Shown: positions 1 through 9,476 of the stretch, one piece after another | Position numbering within the stretch: the first letter of the stretch is position 1 | How the letters are laid out: every line of letters starts with the position of its first letter | Origin: an uncultured Ruminococcus sp. | Lineage (GTDB): Bacteria > Bacillota > Clostridia > RUG12999 | NCBI GenBank assembly: GCA_902784805.1 | Contig: CACZWD010000001.1 | Span: forward strand, 772 to 64,771 | Length of the DNA stretch: 64,000 nucleotides | Reading direction: 5' to 3' | The notes under the pieces: model-generated | What the model was told of the DNA's origin: nothing | Database searches by the model: none | Seen by the model: the letters and a program-made list of their open reading frames with translations, nothing else | Program-made: the position numbers and the translations under genes

Positions 1-959
1 GTAACCCTCCCGCTGACACAAAACAGCGTTATGTTACAAAGTTTTCTATACCGATATTTATTGTTGCTCTTACCGAGCTTTTGAAAAATGAGGGCGTTGA
101 TATTTTGTTTGATACGGTCGTTTCTAAGCCTGTCATGGAAGGCGGCGTATGCAGAGGCGTAATTGTGGAAAACAAAACGGGCAGAGAAATGTACCTTTGC
201 AAAATGATTGTTGATACAACGGGAGATGCCGATGTGCTTTACCGCGCGGGTGTACCGACGATTCAGGGGACGAATTTTCAAACTTTTCTCGCAAAAGGAG
301 TAACACTTGAAACGTGCGAGGAAGTTGTAAAAACGGGAGATATTGCAAAGCTTACCTGCGGTTATGATGGTGGTTTTGCCAATCTTTACGGTAAGAATCA
401 TCCCGAAGGACACAGGTTTTGGAAGGGTACCGATGCGCATGACGTAACAGATTATGTTGTGGAGTCACATATTAATTTGCTTAACAATATAAGAAATGAC
501 GACAGGAAAACAAGAGATATTATTCAGCTTCCCACAATGCCGCAGTTCCGCACAACAAGGTGCATTGAGGGGGATTATGTTTTTACGCAGGAAGATGTTT
601 ATAAGCATTTTGACGATTCCGTTGGAGCAATATGCGATTTTGAAAGAAAGAATTATCTTTATGAGGTACCTTTCGGTACACTTGTAAGGAAAGGTTTTCC
701 GAACATAATAACCGCGGGAAGATGTGCTTCCGGAAAAGGCTACGGCTGGGACCTTTTAAGAGTTATTCCGCCTGCAATAATAACAGGTCAGGCGGCGGGA
801 ATTGCCGCAAGTATGGCAATTGACAGCGGAAAGGCAATATATGACATTGATATTAAGAGCCTTCAAAAAACGCTTGAAGAACAAGACGTAATTATACATT
901 TTGACGATTCGCTTGTGATTCCGGGAGAAGCCGAAAAGGTTGATGTGGGACACATATAA
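1..959 (+). CDS. FAD-dependent oxidoreductase, 5'-truncated at the window edge. The reading frame is open back to nt 3, and the TTG at 81 is only the first start-like codon
   Basis: C-terminal part of a GidA/FAD_oxidored-like fold (…TAGRCASGKGYGWDLLRVIPPAIITGQAAGIAASMAI). No in-frame stop lies between nt 3 and 81, and no N-terminal GxGxxG is present, so the gene continues upstream of the window. Confidence 0.55.
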   Translation, partial: NPPADTKQRYVTKFSIPIFIVALTELLKNEGVDILFDTVVSKPVMEGGVCRGVIVENKTGREMYLCKMIVDTTGDADVLYRAGVPTIQGTNFQTFLAKGVTLETCEEVVKTGDIAKLTCGYDGGFANLYGKNHPEGHRFWKGTDAHDVTDYVVESHINLLNNIRNDDRKTRDIIQLPTMPQFRTTRCIEGDYVFTQEDVYKHFDDSVGAICDFERKNYLYEVPFGTLVRKGFPNIITAGRCASGKGYGWDLLRVIPPAIITGQAAGIAASMAIDSGKAIYDIDIKSLQKTLEEQDVIIHFDDSLVIPGEAEKVDVGHI

Positions 960-963
960 AAAA

Positions 964-1012
964 GAGCCTCGGTACGATGCAAATCTGCCGAGGCTTACTT
1001 AATAAATGTTTT
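964..1012 (+). terminator. Rho-independent terminator-like hairpin after the oxidoreductase gene
   Basis: GAGCCTCGG (964-972) pairs with CCGAGGCT (988-995), followed by a T-rich stretch. Confidence 0.4.
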
Positions 1013-1072
1013 TCGGTTAATAATCAAGAATAATAGCAAGGGTGAAGCTACCGAAGAAAAGAAGCATTATAC

Positions 1073-1101
1073 TTGACAAACAAGACGAAATTTTGTATAA
1101 T
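1073..1101 (+). promoter_or_regulatory. Sigma-A-type promoter for the GH26-like gene
   Basis: TTGACA (1073-1078), a 17-nt spacer, then TATAAT (1096-1101), about 70 nt upstream of the ATG at 1170. Confidence 0.6.
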
Positions 1102-1169
1102 TATTATGTGGTTTTATAGCAGTTGTATGATTTTATTTATCGGAAAGAGGAATTTACAGGAGAAAGAAC

Positions 1170-3149
1170 ATGAGAAAAAGTACGCTGATATCTTTTGTTA
1201 TTTTACTTGTTTTTACAGCGCGGCTTGTTTCATATGCGGCAGATATTCCAAAATCGCTTTGGGCGGATATTGACGCTTTCGGGGCTTATTACGCGGCGGG
1301 AAATGATGAGGGTATTTATTCTGAAGGCTGTAAAATAATTTCCGTTATGGAAGCGCAGCCGGAGTCGCAGACACGCACAGAGATGCTTGCGGGCAAATAT
1401 TATCAGGTCGCGCAGGCGGCGGAGGCGCTTGAGCTTTATGATGAAGCTGTGCGTTGTTACCTAAAATATATACCTTACGGCGAAATTATGGGCGAAACGG
1501 ACGGGGTGATTTTTGCAAGGAAAAAAGCGAAGCTTCTTGCAGGGCGGCTTAAAGTATTTTTTAAAGATTACTCGTTCTCACGTCCTGTTATATATTACGG
1601 CGCAAAATTTGAGCCGGAGGAAGGCGTGCTTTTCGGTTCGGTATATGATAAAGACAGCCGCGTGAACGGTTATGACAAGGAAAAAATCAAAGAGTTTTAC
1701 AGAAAAGTAAATTCGGCAAATCTTGTGTACCTTGAATTTGGTGATGATATTGAAGCTTATGGCAGATACGATAGGTTTTTCGGAGAAATAAAAAATTCGG
1801 GCGCGACGGTAATGTTTGCGTGGAATACGGCTTTGTTTTTGCCGGACATTGAGGAATATTCGGGGTATATAAAAAACACAATAGATTATCTCGGAAATAC
1901 AGGAGTTAATATTATTTTGAGGTTCAGCAATGAAATGAATGTTGCTCCAAACGGTGATAATCCGTCCGAATATATAAGGGCGTTTCGGTATGTTGCGGAC
2001 GTGGCGCATACAAAGAGCAATATTGCCGTTTGCTGGGCGCCTAACGATATAAGCGCGCTTGACAGGGGTTTTAAGGAATATTATCCCGGCGATGAATATG
2101 TAGATTGGATTGGCGTAAGCTTATATATGAACAGGTTTTTTAAAGGCGTGCCGAACCCTGATGCCAAGCAGCAGGATATTGACGATACGTATTTTCTTTG
2201 CGGAGATTATGCCGACCCGACTTTAAGGGTTTCGGATATTGTGGAGTTTATGCGGGCGGAGGATATAAAAAAGCCTCTCGCGATAACCGAATGCGGAACT
2301 CCGCAGAAAACAAATTTTACGGAAGACTGCCTTAAATGGGGTACTGCTCATATAGGAAAGCTTTACGGGGAGCTTGTAAGAAATTATCCGCAAATTAAAC
2401 TGATTTGCTATTTTAACATTGAGCGCAAGGACGAATCCCAAAGATACCAGCTTTATGACTGTCCGCAGCTTACGGAAGAATATATTAGAGCTGTAAGCGA
2501 TGATATTTTTCTTGACAGTGCGGAAAGACAAATCGGTTTTTGTTATAATCCTGTAATTTCTGATAGTATAAGCAGCGAAACTTTAGAGGTTTCGGCTTCG
2601 GCATATTATCCTCATACGGATTATGGTATGGTGACCTATTTTATTGACGGAATTTACGCCGGCGGCAGCGCTGTGGCTCCTTATAACTGCGTTCTTGATT
2701 TGAGCGGTCTTTCGGAAGGCAGTCATATTTTAAAGGTCAATTACGCGCAGGACGGAAAAGAGCTTCTTGTAAAGGAGTACGGTTTTAACTGTATTAAGCC
2801 GATAAATGTCATTTTAAACGGAGAAAAGCTTGTGTTCACCGATGTGGCGCCGTTTATAGTTGACGGACGCACATTAGTACCGCTTCGGGCAATTTTTGAA
2901 GCGCTTGGCGCTGAAATAGAGTGGAATGATGAAGCAAAAACAGTCACATCAAAGGGCAGGGGAGCAACGGTAAGCTTTACGATAGGAAGTCCGGAGCTTA
3001 TAAGAAACGGCGAAGTAATTGTTCTCGACGTGCCTTCGCAGATATATGAAAGCCGTACGGTTGTGCCTGTAAGAGCTATTGCGGAGAGCTTCGGCGCAAA
3101 GGTATCATGGATAGCCGAGTCACGGACAGTTGATATTATCAGCGAATAA
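1170..3149 (+). CDS. Secreted clan GH-A glycoside hydrolase (GH26-like, mannanase family) with C-terminal copper-amine-oxidase N-terminal-like repeat domains
   Basis: N-terminal signal peptide (MRKSTLISFVILLVFTARLVSYAAD). GH26-like catalytic motifs are present: RFSNEMN (acid/base Glu), ITECG (nucleophile Glu) and YPGDEYVDWIGVSLY. The C-terminal repeats (VAPFIVDGRTLVPLRAIFEALGAEIEWN, TVVPVRAIAESFGAKVSW) are typical of Cu-amine-oxidase N-domain 'stalk' repeats found on clostridial surface proteins. Confidence 0.7.
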   Translation: MRKSTLISFVILLVFTARLVSYAADIPKSLWADIDAFGAYYAAGNDEGIYSEGCKIISVMEAQPESQTRTEMLAGKYYQVAQAAEALELYDEAVRCYLKYIPYGEIMGETDGVIFARKKAKLLAGRLKVFFKDYSFSRPVIYYGAKFEPEEGVLFGSVYDKDSRVNGYDKEKIKEFYRKVNSANLVYLEFGDDIEAYGRYDRFFGEIKNSGATVMFAWNTALFLPDIEEYSGYIKNTIDYLGNTGVNIILRFSNEMNVAPNGDNPSEYIRAFRYVADVAHTKSNIAVCWAPNDISALDRGFKEYYPGDEYVDWIGVSLYMNRFFKGVPNPDAKQQDIDDTYFLCGDYADPTLRVSDIVEFMRAEDIKKPLAITECGTPQKTNFTEDCLKWGTAHIGKLYGELVRNYPQIKLICYFNIERKDESQRYQLYDCPQLTEEYIRAVSDDIFLDSAERQIGFCYNPVISDSISSETLEVSASAYYPHTDYGMVTYFIDGIYAGGSAVAPYNCVLDLSGLSEGSHILKVNYAQDGKELLVKEYGFNCIKPINVILNGEKLVFTDVAPFIVDGRTLVPLRAIFEALGAEIEWNDEAKTVTSKGRGATVSFTIGSPELIRNGEVIVLDVPSQIYESRTVVPVRAIAESFGAKVSWIAESRTVDIISE

Positions 3150-3176
3150 ACGAAATTTTAAATAAGGGAATTTTTT

Positions 3177-3749
3177 ATGAAAAAGAAAAATATTTTACCT
3201 CAGCTTTTGCTGACATTTATCAAAATAGGGCTTTTCACCTTCGGCGGCGGATACGCTATGATTTCCGTTATTGAGAATATCTGCGTTGAAAAAAAGAAGT
3301 GGATTACCCATGAAGATATGGTGAATGTAACGGTTATTGCAGAGTCAACTCCGGGACCTATTGCCATAAACTGCGCGACCTTTGTGGGTTATAAACAGGC
3401 AGGTGTACCCGGCTCAATTGCCGCGACCTTTGGTATAGTGCTTCCTTCGTTTATTGTTATAACGCTGATATCAATGTTTTTTGATAATTTTCTTGAAATA
3501 AGAATAGTAGCCGATGCTTTTAAGGGCATCAAGGTCGGCGTCGCGGTGCTTATTATTGATGTTGCCTTTAAGATGATAAAGAAAATGAAAAAAGATACCC
3601 TTTCGCTTATATTAATGGCAGGCTCTCTTTGCATTATGCTTGCTGTGAATATTTTTTCCGTTAAGTTTTCATCAATAAGCCTTTTGATTATTGCGGCAGT
3701 GATAAGTCTTATAGTTTTTGCCGTAAGGGAAGGAAGGGCAAAATTATGA
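3177..3749 (+). CDS. chrA: Short-chain chromate-ion transporter (CHR family), subunit 1 of a pair
   Basis: FGGGYAMISVIE and STPGPIAIN motifs, about 190 aa and multi-TM. Its stop overlaps the next start (ATGA), like the ywrA/ywrB paired short CHR proteins. Confidence 0.8.
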   Translation: MKKKNILPQLLLTFIKIGLFTFGGGYAMISVIENICVEKKKWITHEDMVNVTVIAESTPGPIAINCATFVGYKQAGVPGSIAATFGIVLPSFIVITLISMFFDNFLEIRIVADAFKGIKVGVAVLIIDVAFKMIKKMKKDTLSLILMAGSLCIMLAVNIFSVKFSSISLLIIAAVISLIVFAVREGRAKL

Positions 3750-4309
3750 TATATCTTGAGCTTTTTTACGCTTTTTTAAAGGTCGGTTGCTTCGCGTTCG
3801 GGGGCGCGTATGCCGCCATACCGCTTATACGTGATACGGTGCTTGCGTATGGCTGGCTGAACGACGAAACTCTCTCTTATCTTATTGCCGTAAGCGAAAG
3901 CACGCCGGGTCCTATAATGGTTAATCTCGCAACCTATGTGGGTAATACGCAGGGTGGAGTCTTTGGCGCGGCGCTTGCAACGCTTGGCGTAATTTTACCG
4001 GCATTTTTAATTATAATAATCATAATGTCACTTATAAAAAACGTTATGGATAACAGGTGTTTTAAAGCAGTGCTTGACGGGCTTAACGCCTGTGTTATCG
4101 GAATAATTGCCGCAACAGGGCTTTATATGCTTCTTAAAAGTTGCTTTTCTTTGAAAGAAGGTTTTTCTTATGACAAAAAAGCCGTTATTACAGCTGTGAT
4201 TTTAATTGCGGCAGGGGAAATATACAGAAAAATTAAAAAGAAAAAAATATCCCCGATAACAACAATTGTTCTGTCCGCTGTTATCGGGGCTGTGGTTTAC
4301 GGTTTTTAA
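3746..4309 (+). CDS. chrA: Short-chain chromate-ion transporter (CHR family), subunit 2
   Basis: FGGAYAAIPLI and STPGPIMVNLAT motifs. Paralogous to the upstream gene and translationally coupled to it. Confidence 0.8.
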   Translation: MIYLELFYAFLKVGCFAFGGAYAAIPLIRDTVLAYGWLNDETLSYLIAVSESTPGPIMVNLATYVGNTQGGVFGAALATLGVILPAFLIIIIIMSLIKNVMDNRCFKAVLDGLNACVIGIIAATGLYMLLKSCFSLKEGFSYDKKAVITAVILIAAGEIYRKIKKKKISPITTIVLSAVIGAVVYGF

Positions 4310-6786
4310 TCTATGCCGGTTACTTCGTAGCCGGCTTTTTCTACCGTTTCTTTCAAAACCTCATCCGAAACGTCTTTGGTAAGAGTAACAGTGGCTTTGC
4401 CGCCGTCATCAAGGCTGACCTCGGCAGTAACGCCGGTTATGGCGTTTAATGCTTCCGATACTCTTCCTGTGCAGTGGCTGCACATCATTCCTTTAATTTT
4501 AATGATTTTTGTCATTTTCCTTTCACTCTCCTTAATTTTTTTAGCGATATTATCTTTTTTCCCGAAATATCTGAGCCTGAGCGCGTTTGAAACAACAAAC
4601 AGACTTGACATACTCATGGCGAGCGAGCCTATCATGGGGTTAAGCTTTATACCGAAACGGGGGAAGAGCAGACCTGCGGCAATAGGTATACCGAGGACAT
4701 TATAGAAAAACGCCCAGAACAGGTTTTGCTTTATATTACGCATTACGGCGCGGCTTAACTCGTAGGCTTTCACACAATCAATGAAATCACCGTGCATAAG
4801 TATAACATCTGCGGAGTCAATCGCGGCGTCTGTGGAGCCTCCTATGGCAATACCTATATCCGCTCTCGCAAGCGCCGGCGCATCGTTTATGCCATCGCCT
4901 ATCATTGCCGTAACCTTGCCGTTTGTCATAAGTGAGCGGACAGCCGATTCTTTTTCGTCCGGCTTAACCTCCGCAACGATATTTTCAATGCCGGCTTTTG
5001 AGGCAATTGCTTTTGCGGTCTGTTTATTATCGCCTGTAAGCATTGTAATTTCAATTCCGTCTTTTTTTAGCTTAAAAACGGTATCCTTTACGTTTTCTCT
5101 TAAAATGTCGCTTACCGCAATCAAACCTATATAATTGCCGTCATAAGCGAAATATAAAACGGTTTTACCTTCTTTAAACAGGTTTGTATCCTCATTAAAA
5201 GTAATATTTCTGCTTTTCATAAGCTCGGCGTTGCCCGCGAGAATTTCTTTTTCATTGATTTTTCCGCTTATGCCGCCTCCCGGTATCTGTAAAAAGTCAT
5301 TGACTTCACTAAGCGGAATATTTGCCGCTTTTTCGGTTATCGCGGCGGAAAGAGGATGCTCCGATTTATTTTCAAGTGAAGCGGCGAGTGTTAAAAGCTC
5401 ATTTTCCGAAATGCCGTCCGAGGGAATAATATCGGTGACAGTCGGTTTGCCGTAGGTAAGAGTGCCTGTTTTGTCCGTAACGAGTGCCTTAATATCGGAC
5501 AGTGTTTCAAGCGCCCGCGCGTTTTTAAAAAGTATTCCCATTTGCGCTCCTCTGCCGGTTCCTGCCATAATTGCGGTGGGAGTTGCAAGTCCAAGAGCGC
5601 AGGGACAGGAAATAACAAGAACGGAAATCGCGAAATTAAGAGCTTCACCAAAATTTTTGCCGAGCAGTATCCATATAATAAAGGTTAGGACCGAAACGGC
5701 AATAACACAGGGAACAAACACACCGCATACTTTGTCGGCAATACGGGCGACAGGGGCTTTATCTGCCGCCGCGCCGCGTACAAGCTCAATAATTTTTGCA
5801 AAAAGCGTATCTTTTCCTACCGCTTCGGCACGGAAAGAAATATATCCGCTTTTAAGTATTGTCGCTCCCGTGACTTTTGAGCCTTTTTCTTTTGTAACGG
5901 GTATGCTTTCGCCTGTTATTGCGCTTTCATCGACAAGGCCGCTGCCGCCCGTAATAATGCCGTCGCAGGGAAAGCTTTCGCCTGTTTTGACAATTACTTC
6001 ATCGCCTGCGGCAAGCTCGCTTGCTTTTACGGTAATTTCTTTGCCGTCACGAATTATGCGGGCTTCCTGAGGCGCAAGCTTCATAAGCGCGGAAACAGCG
6101 TCGGAGGTGTGTTTTTTTGCTCGCGCTTCAAGATATTTTCCGACGGTTATTAAAGTTAAAATCATGGCGGCTGACTCAAAATATAAATTCATAGCGTATT
6201 TTTCAGCGTTTATAAAATCGCCTCTGCCGGAAAAAATACAGATACGGTAAAGCGAATATATGCCGTAAATCAGCGCTGCCGCCGAGCCTGTCGCCACAAG
6301 AGTATCCATATTCGGCGCTCCGTGCGTTACAGCTTTGAAGCCGCTTTTATAAAACTTAAAGTTGATAAAAATTATCGGTACGGCAAACAAAAGCTGAGTG
6401 AGGGCATAGACGGAAAGAAACTCGTTTTTCATAAAAAAGGCGGTAAAAGGCGCGCCTATCATATGACCCATAGATACATACATAAGCGGAACAAGAAAGA
6501 TTATTGAAAAAATAAGCCTTTTTTTCATAGCTTCCGCTTCGTCATCTTTATGGTAATTTTTACTGCTTTCACCGTGAAGCTTTGCGCCGTAGCCGCCGCT
6601 TTTGACGGCATTTATTATATCCGAAGCGCTGACGCTCGCGTCATGCTCCGCGACCATACTGTTTTCAAGCAAATTGACCTTTACATCACACACTCCGCTT
6701 AAGCTTTTTACGCTTTTCTCGACATGAGCGCTGCAAGCGGCACAGCTCATGCCCGTGATATCGAATTGTTCTTTAACAGTGCTCAT
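4306..6786 (-). CDS. copA: Copper-translocating P1B-type ATPase with an N-terminal HMA domain and an additional C-terminal HMA (CopZ-like) domain
   Basis: GMSCAACSAHVE (N-terminal HMA), CPC (SCPCALGLATP), DKTGTLT and GDGINDAP motifs. The C-terminal 70 aa (MTKIIKIKGMMCSHCTGRVSEALNAI…) form a second MxCxxC HMA domain. Confidence 0.85.
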   Translation of the reverse strand: MSTVKEQFDITGMSCAACSAHVEKSVKSLSGVCDVKVNLLENSMVAEHDASVSASDIINAVKSGGYGAKLHGESSKNYHKDDEAEAMKKRLIFSIIFLVPLMYVSMGHMIGAPFTAFFMKNEFLSVYALTQLLFAVPIIFINFKFYKSGFKAVTHGAPNMDTLVATGSAAALIYGIYSLYRICIFSGRGDFINAEKYAMNLYFESAAMILTLITVGKYLEARAKKHTSDAVSALMKLAPQEARIIRDGKEITVKASELAAGDEVIVKTGESFPCDGIITGGSGLVDESAITGESIPVTKEKGSKVTGATILKSGYISFRAEAVGKDTLFAKIIELVRGAAADKAPVARIADKVCGVFVPCVIAVSVLTFIIWILLGKNFGEALNFAISVLVISCPCALGLATPTAIMAGTGRGAQMGILFKNARALETLSDIKALVTDKTGTLTYGKPTVTDIIPSDGISENELLTLAASLENKSEHPLSAAITEKAANIPLSEVNDFLQIPGGGISGKINEKEILAGNAELMKSRNITFNEDTNLFKEGKTVLYFAYDGNYIGLIAVSDILRENVKDTVFKLKKDGIEITMLTGDNKQTAKAIASKAGIENIVAEVKPDEKESAVRSLMTNGKVTAMIGDGINDAPALARADIGIAIGGSTDAAIDSADVILMHGDFIDCVKAYELSRAVMRNIKQNLFWAFFYNVLGIPIAAGLLFPRFGIKLNPMIGSLAMSMSSLFVVSNALRLRYFGKKDNIAKKIKESERKMTKIIKIKGMMCSHCTGRVSEALNAITGVTAEVSLDDGGKATVTLTKDVSDEVLKETVEKAGYEVTGID

Positions 6787-6812
6787 ATAATCTCCTTTCC
6801 TTAAAGCGGCGG

Positions 6813-7532
6813 TTATTTATTTAATCTTAATATAGCGTGAAGCGTGTTGCCGTCCTCCGATTTTATTGTAACGATATAATCGTTTTCCGTTTCTTTTACA
6901 AGGCATTTTAACCTTTCGGCGTTTTTAACTTCTTTTTTATAAAGAATTTCAAAATTATCCGCCTGCGGCATTTCTTTTCCTATTGCCATAAGCGCAAGCG
7001 TCATATAATGCGTGTTGTTCATATGATAGTTCATATCAATCCAATCCGGCTGTACGGTATGAAAATAAACCTTGTCCGCGTTTTCGGGTTCTTTGAGCTT
7101 TACATTTATACCGTTTTCAAAGTTTGAGTATTCACCCCTGCCGTATTTTTCCGAAAGCTCCTCAGAGCAGCTGCAGGGCTCGTTTTTTTCTGTATTTACC
7201 TGTACCCACCGTGAAATCGCCTTGACAAGAAGGTCGCCGTTTTCGCCGCGAAGCTCAAATTCACGTTCCGAGTAAAACCGCCTTATTGAGCGTACCCAGG
7301 TATATGCCGTGACTTCTTCGGCGTATTCGGGTCTGCGCACTACCTCAACCTTCCACGCAAGAAGCAGCCAGGTTGTATGCGTTCTCTCGTATGTATCACG
7401 CAGGCCGTCACCGCACAGATTCGCGTGGATGCCTGCCATATTTTCAAAAAAAGTCAGAACAGATGAGTTTTTTACCTGTAATTTTTTATCTATATCCTTA
7501 AAGCCAATATAAAAGTTATGCTTTACCGTCAT
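6813..7532 (-). CDS. Acyl-ACP thioesterase (FatA/B-like)
   Basis: MTVKHNFYIGFKDID…VLTFFENMAGIHANLCG matches the acyl-ACP thioesterase family. The start was moved to the ATG at 7532, which has a GGAGG RBS 8 nt upstream. The longer ORF-track start would overlap the upstream gene. Confidence 0.65.
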   Translation of the reverse strand: MTVKHNFYIGFKDIDKKLQVKNSSVLTFFENMAGIHANLCGDGLRDTYERTHTTWLLLAWKVEVVRRPEYAEEVTAYTWVRSIRRFYSEREFELRGENGDLLVKAISRWVQVNTEKNEPCSCSEELSEKYGRGEYSNFENGINVKLKEPENADKVYFHTVQPDWIDMNYHMNNTHYMTLALMAIGKEMPQADNFEILYKKEVKNAERLKCLVKETENDYIVTIKSEDGNTLHAILRLNK

Positions 7533-7536
7533 ATAT

Positions 7537-8466
7537 TTATGCCTCCGTAATAAAATGCTTAATAAGAGTTTTTGCGGCATAAATATCTTTTTCCGATATG
7601 GTTTCGTTTGCGGTATTAAGATATCTGACCGGAACACATATTGCCGCCGCCTTGCTTCCTCCCGCAGCGCATTGCGCGGTGGGAGCTTCGGTTTGCTGCT
7701 CATTAAAAGAAGCGTATTGAACGGAAACGCTGTTTTTAAAGGCTGTTTCACGGAAATCCGATACAAGTGAAGGACTTAAAACGCTTCTGCCGTCCTTAAC
7801 GGCAATTACGGCGCCGCCTTTAAGCTTTATTTCGCTTTTGCCGCACGGAATATCATCGGCTTTTACCGTATCAAGAGCTATAAAGATATCGGGCATTACA
7901 GAGTTTATAACAGGCATTATTCCTCTGAAACCGACTTCTTTTTGGACGGTAAAGGCAAAATATAAATCATAATTTGAAGCTTTTATTTCATCTATAAGCT
8001 CCAGAAGAATGCTGCAGCAAAGCCGTGATAATGACCTGCCGCCGATAACCGCCATATCGCCCTCCGAAACAAGCTTTTCTGCTTCATCACGGGAATGGGC
8101 GTTAATATCAATAAATAAATCGCTTATTTTTATTTCGGAAACGTTTTTTTCAGCATTACAGAATACAGCGCCGCAGATTTTATCAGAAAAAACCACCTTT
8201 GAGTTTATAAGCTCAATGGGATTAAGCTGTCCCGCCGCGGCAAAGCGAAGGAAACCGTTTTCATCTATATGAGTTATCATGAGTGCGGGCTCGTCAATAT
8301 GGGCGGATAAAAGCAATTTTTTGCCGCTTCCGCCAATATGCACCGTTACGCTTCCCATAGCGTCACGGGTTGTTTCAGCCTTATTTTTAAGATAATTTTC
8401 AATATAATCGGCAGCCGCCGTTTCACAGGCGGGCGGAGCAAAAAGCTTTTGTAAATCGTTTTTCAT
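7537..8466 (-). CDS. M42 family metallopeptidase (FrvX/YsdC-like), first of three in tandem
   Basis: HIDEPALMITHIDENGFLRF and the M42 aminopeptidase/endoglucanase fold. A 4-nt start/stop overlap with the upstream gene. Confidence 0.75.
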   Translation of the reverse strand: MKNDLQKLFAPPACETAAADYIENYLKNKAETTRDAMGSVTVHIGGSGKKLLLSAHIDEPALMITHIDENGFLRFAAAGQLNPIELINSKVVFSDKICGAVFCNAEKNVSEIKISDLFIDINAHSRDEAEKLVSEGDMAVIGGRSLSRLCCSILLELIDEIKASNYDLYFAFTVQKEVGFRGIMPVINSVMPDIFIALDTVKADDIPCGKSEIKLKGGAVIAVKDGRSVLSPSLVSDFRETAFKNSVSVQYASFNEQQTEAPTAQCAAGGSKAAAICVPVRYLNTANETISEKDIYAAKTLIKHFITEA

Positions 8467-9476
8467 ATTTCGTCAATCCTTTCGGAGATTAATATAGCAA
8501 GGCTCCTGACAGCTTCAAAATCCTTTTTTGATATTACGCATGCGGGTGAGTGCAGATACCTGCAAGGCACTGCCATAGCAAGCGTTTTGCAGCCTTTTCC
8601 CGCGACTTGAATACGTCCGGCGTTGTTACCGCCGTTTCCCGTACGTTTTATCTGATAAGCTATACCGTTTTCATCGGCAAGTTTTTTCGCAAAGTTCAAA
8701 AAATCGCGGTTTGCAAGCGAGGACCTTTCCATAACCGAAAAAACCGCGCCGTTTCCCGCTGCGGTAACACGCCGGTGAATGGGAGTAAAGGCGCTGTCTG
8801 CACAAATTGTTCCTTCAACAATCAGCGCGTAATCCGGTTTTATTATGTTTGCCGCGACCGCAGCGCCGCGGCAGCCTATTTCCTCCTGAACGCTGAAAAC
8901 TGCGTAAAAATCATATGCGGGATTTGCTGTTTTAAGCATGTCAATAAGCACTGCCACGCCCACTCTGTCGTCAAGCGCTTTTGCTTTTATAAAACCGTCG
9001 CCAAATTCTTTATATTCACTGTCAAAACAGATATAATCGCCTTTTTCCGCAACCATTTCGGCTTCTTTTTTTGTGCTTACGCCAATATCAATAAGCATAT
9101 CACGCATTTTTATAACAGAATTTCGCTCTTCCGGGTAGCTTAAATGCACAGGATTTATGCCGATAATGCCCGGAACTCTTTTTTCGCCTACAATAACACG
9201 TTTTCCGGGAAGTATGCGGTCATCAATGCCGCCCACCTCGTCAAATTTCAGCCTGCCGCCTTCGGTTATGCCCGTTACGATAAAGCCCACCTCGTCCATA
9301 TGAGCGTCCGCCATAAATTTTTTCTTGGAGCTTTTACCTTTTTTAAAAGCGATAATATTACCCATATTATCTGTTTCGATACTGTCGCAAAACGGTGTTA
9401 TTTCGTTAATTATTATCTCTCTTATTTCGTCCTCGTATCCGCTCGGAGAGAAAGCGTCAGTCAGTTTTTTTAACAT
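8463..9476 (-). CDS. M42 family metallopeptidase, second of three in tandem
   Basis: HMDEVGFIVTGITEGGRLKF motif. Start set at the ATG at 9476 (MLKKLTD…), which has an AGGAGAG RBS. Confidence 0.75.
   Translation of the reverse strand: MLKKLTDAFSPSGYEDEIREIIINEITPFCDSIETDNMGNIIAFKKGKSSKKKFMADAHMDEVGFIVTGITEGGRLKFDEVGGIDDRILPGKRVIVGEKRVPGIIGINPVHLSYPEERNSVIKMRDMLIDIGVSTKKEAEMVAEKGDYICFDSEYKEFGDGFIKAKALDDRVGVAVLIDMLKTANPAYDFYAVFSVQEEIGCRGAAVAANIIKPDYALIVEGTICADSAFTPIHRRVTAAGNGAVFSVMERSSLANRDFLNFAKKLADENGIAYQIKRTGNGGNNAGRIQVAGKGCKTLAMAVPCRYLHSPACVISKKDFEAVRSLAILISERIDEI

Noticed and set aside
4376-6070. Several 60-200-aa ORFs on the plus strand inside copA (4376..4705, 4781..5134, 5231..5455, 5462..6070)
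   Set aside because: They lie antisense to a strongly supported 826-aa P-type ATPase gene, have no RBS, and show low-complexity Ser/Ala/Pro-rich translations typical of antisense frames of GC-rich coding DNA.
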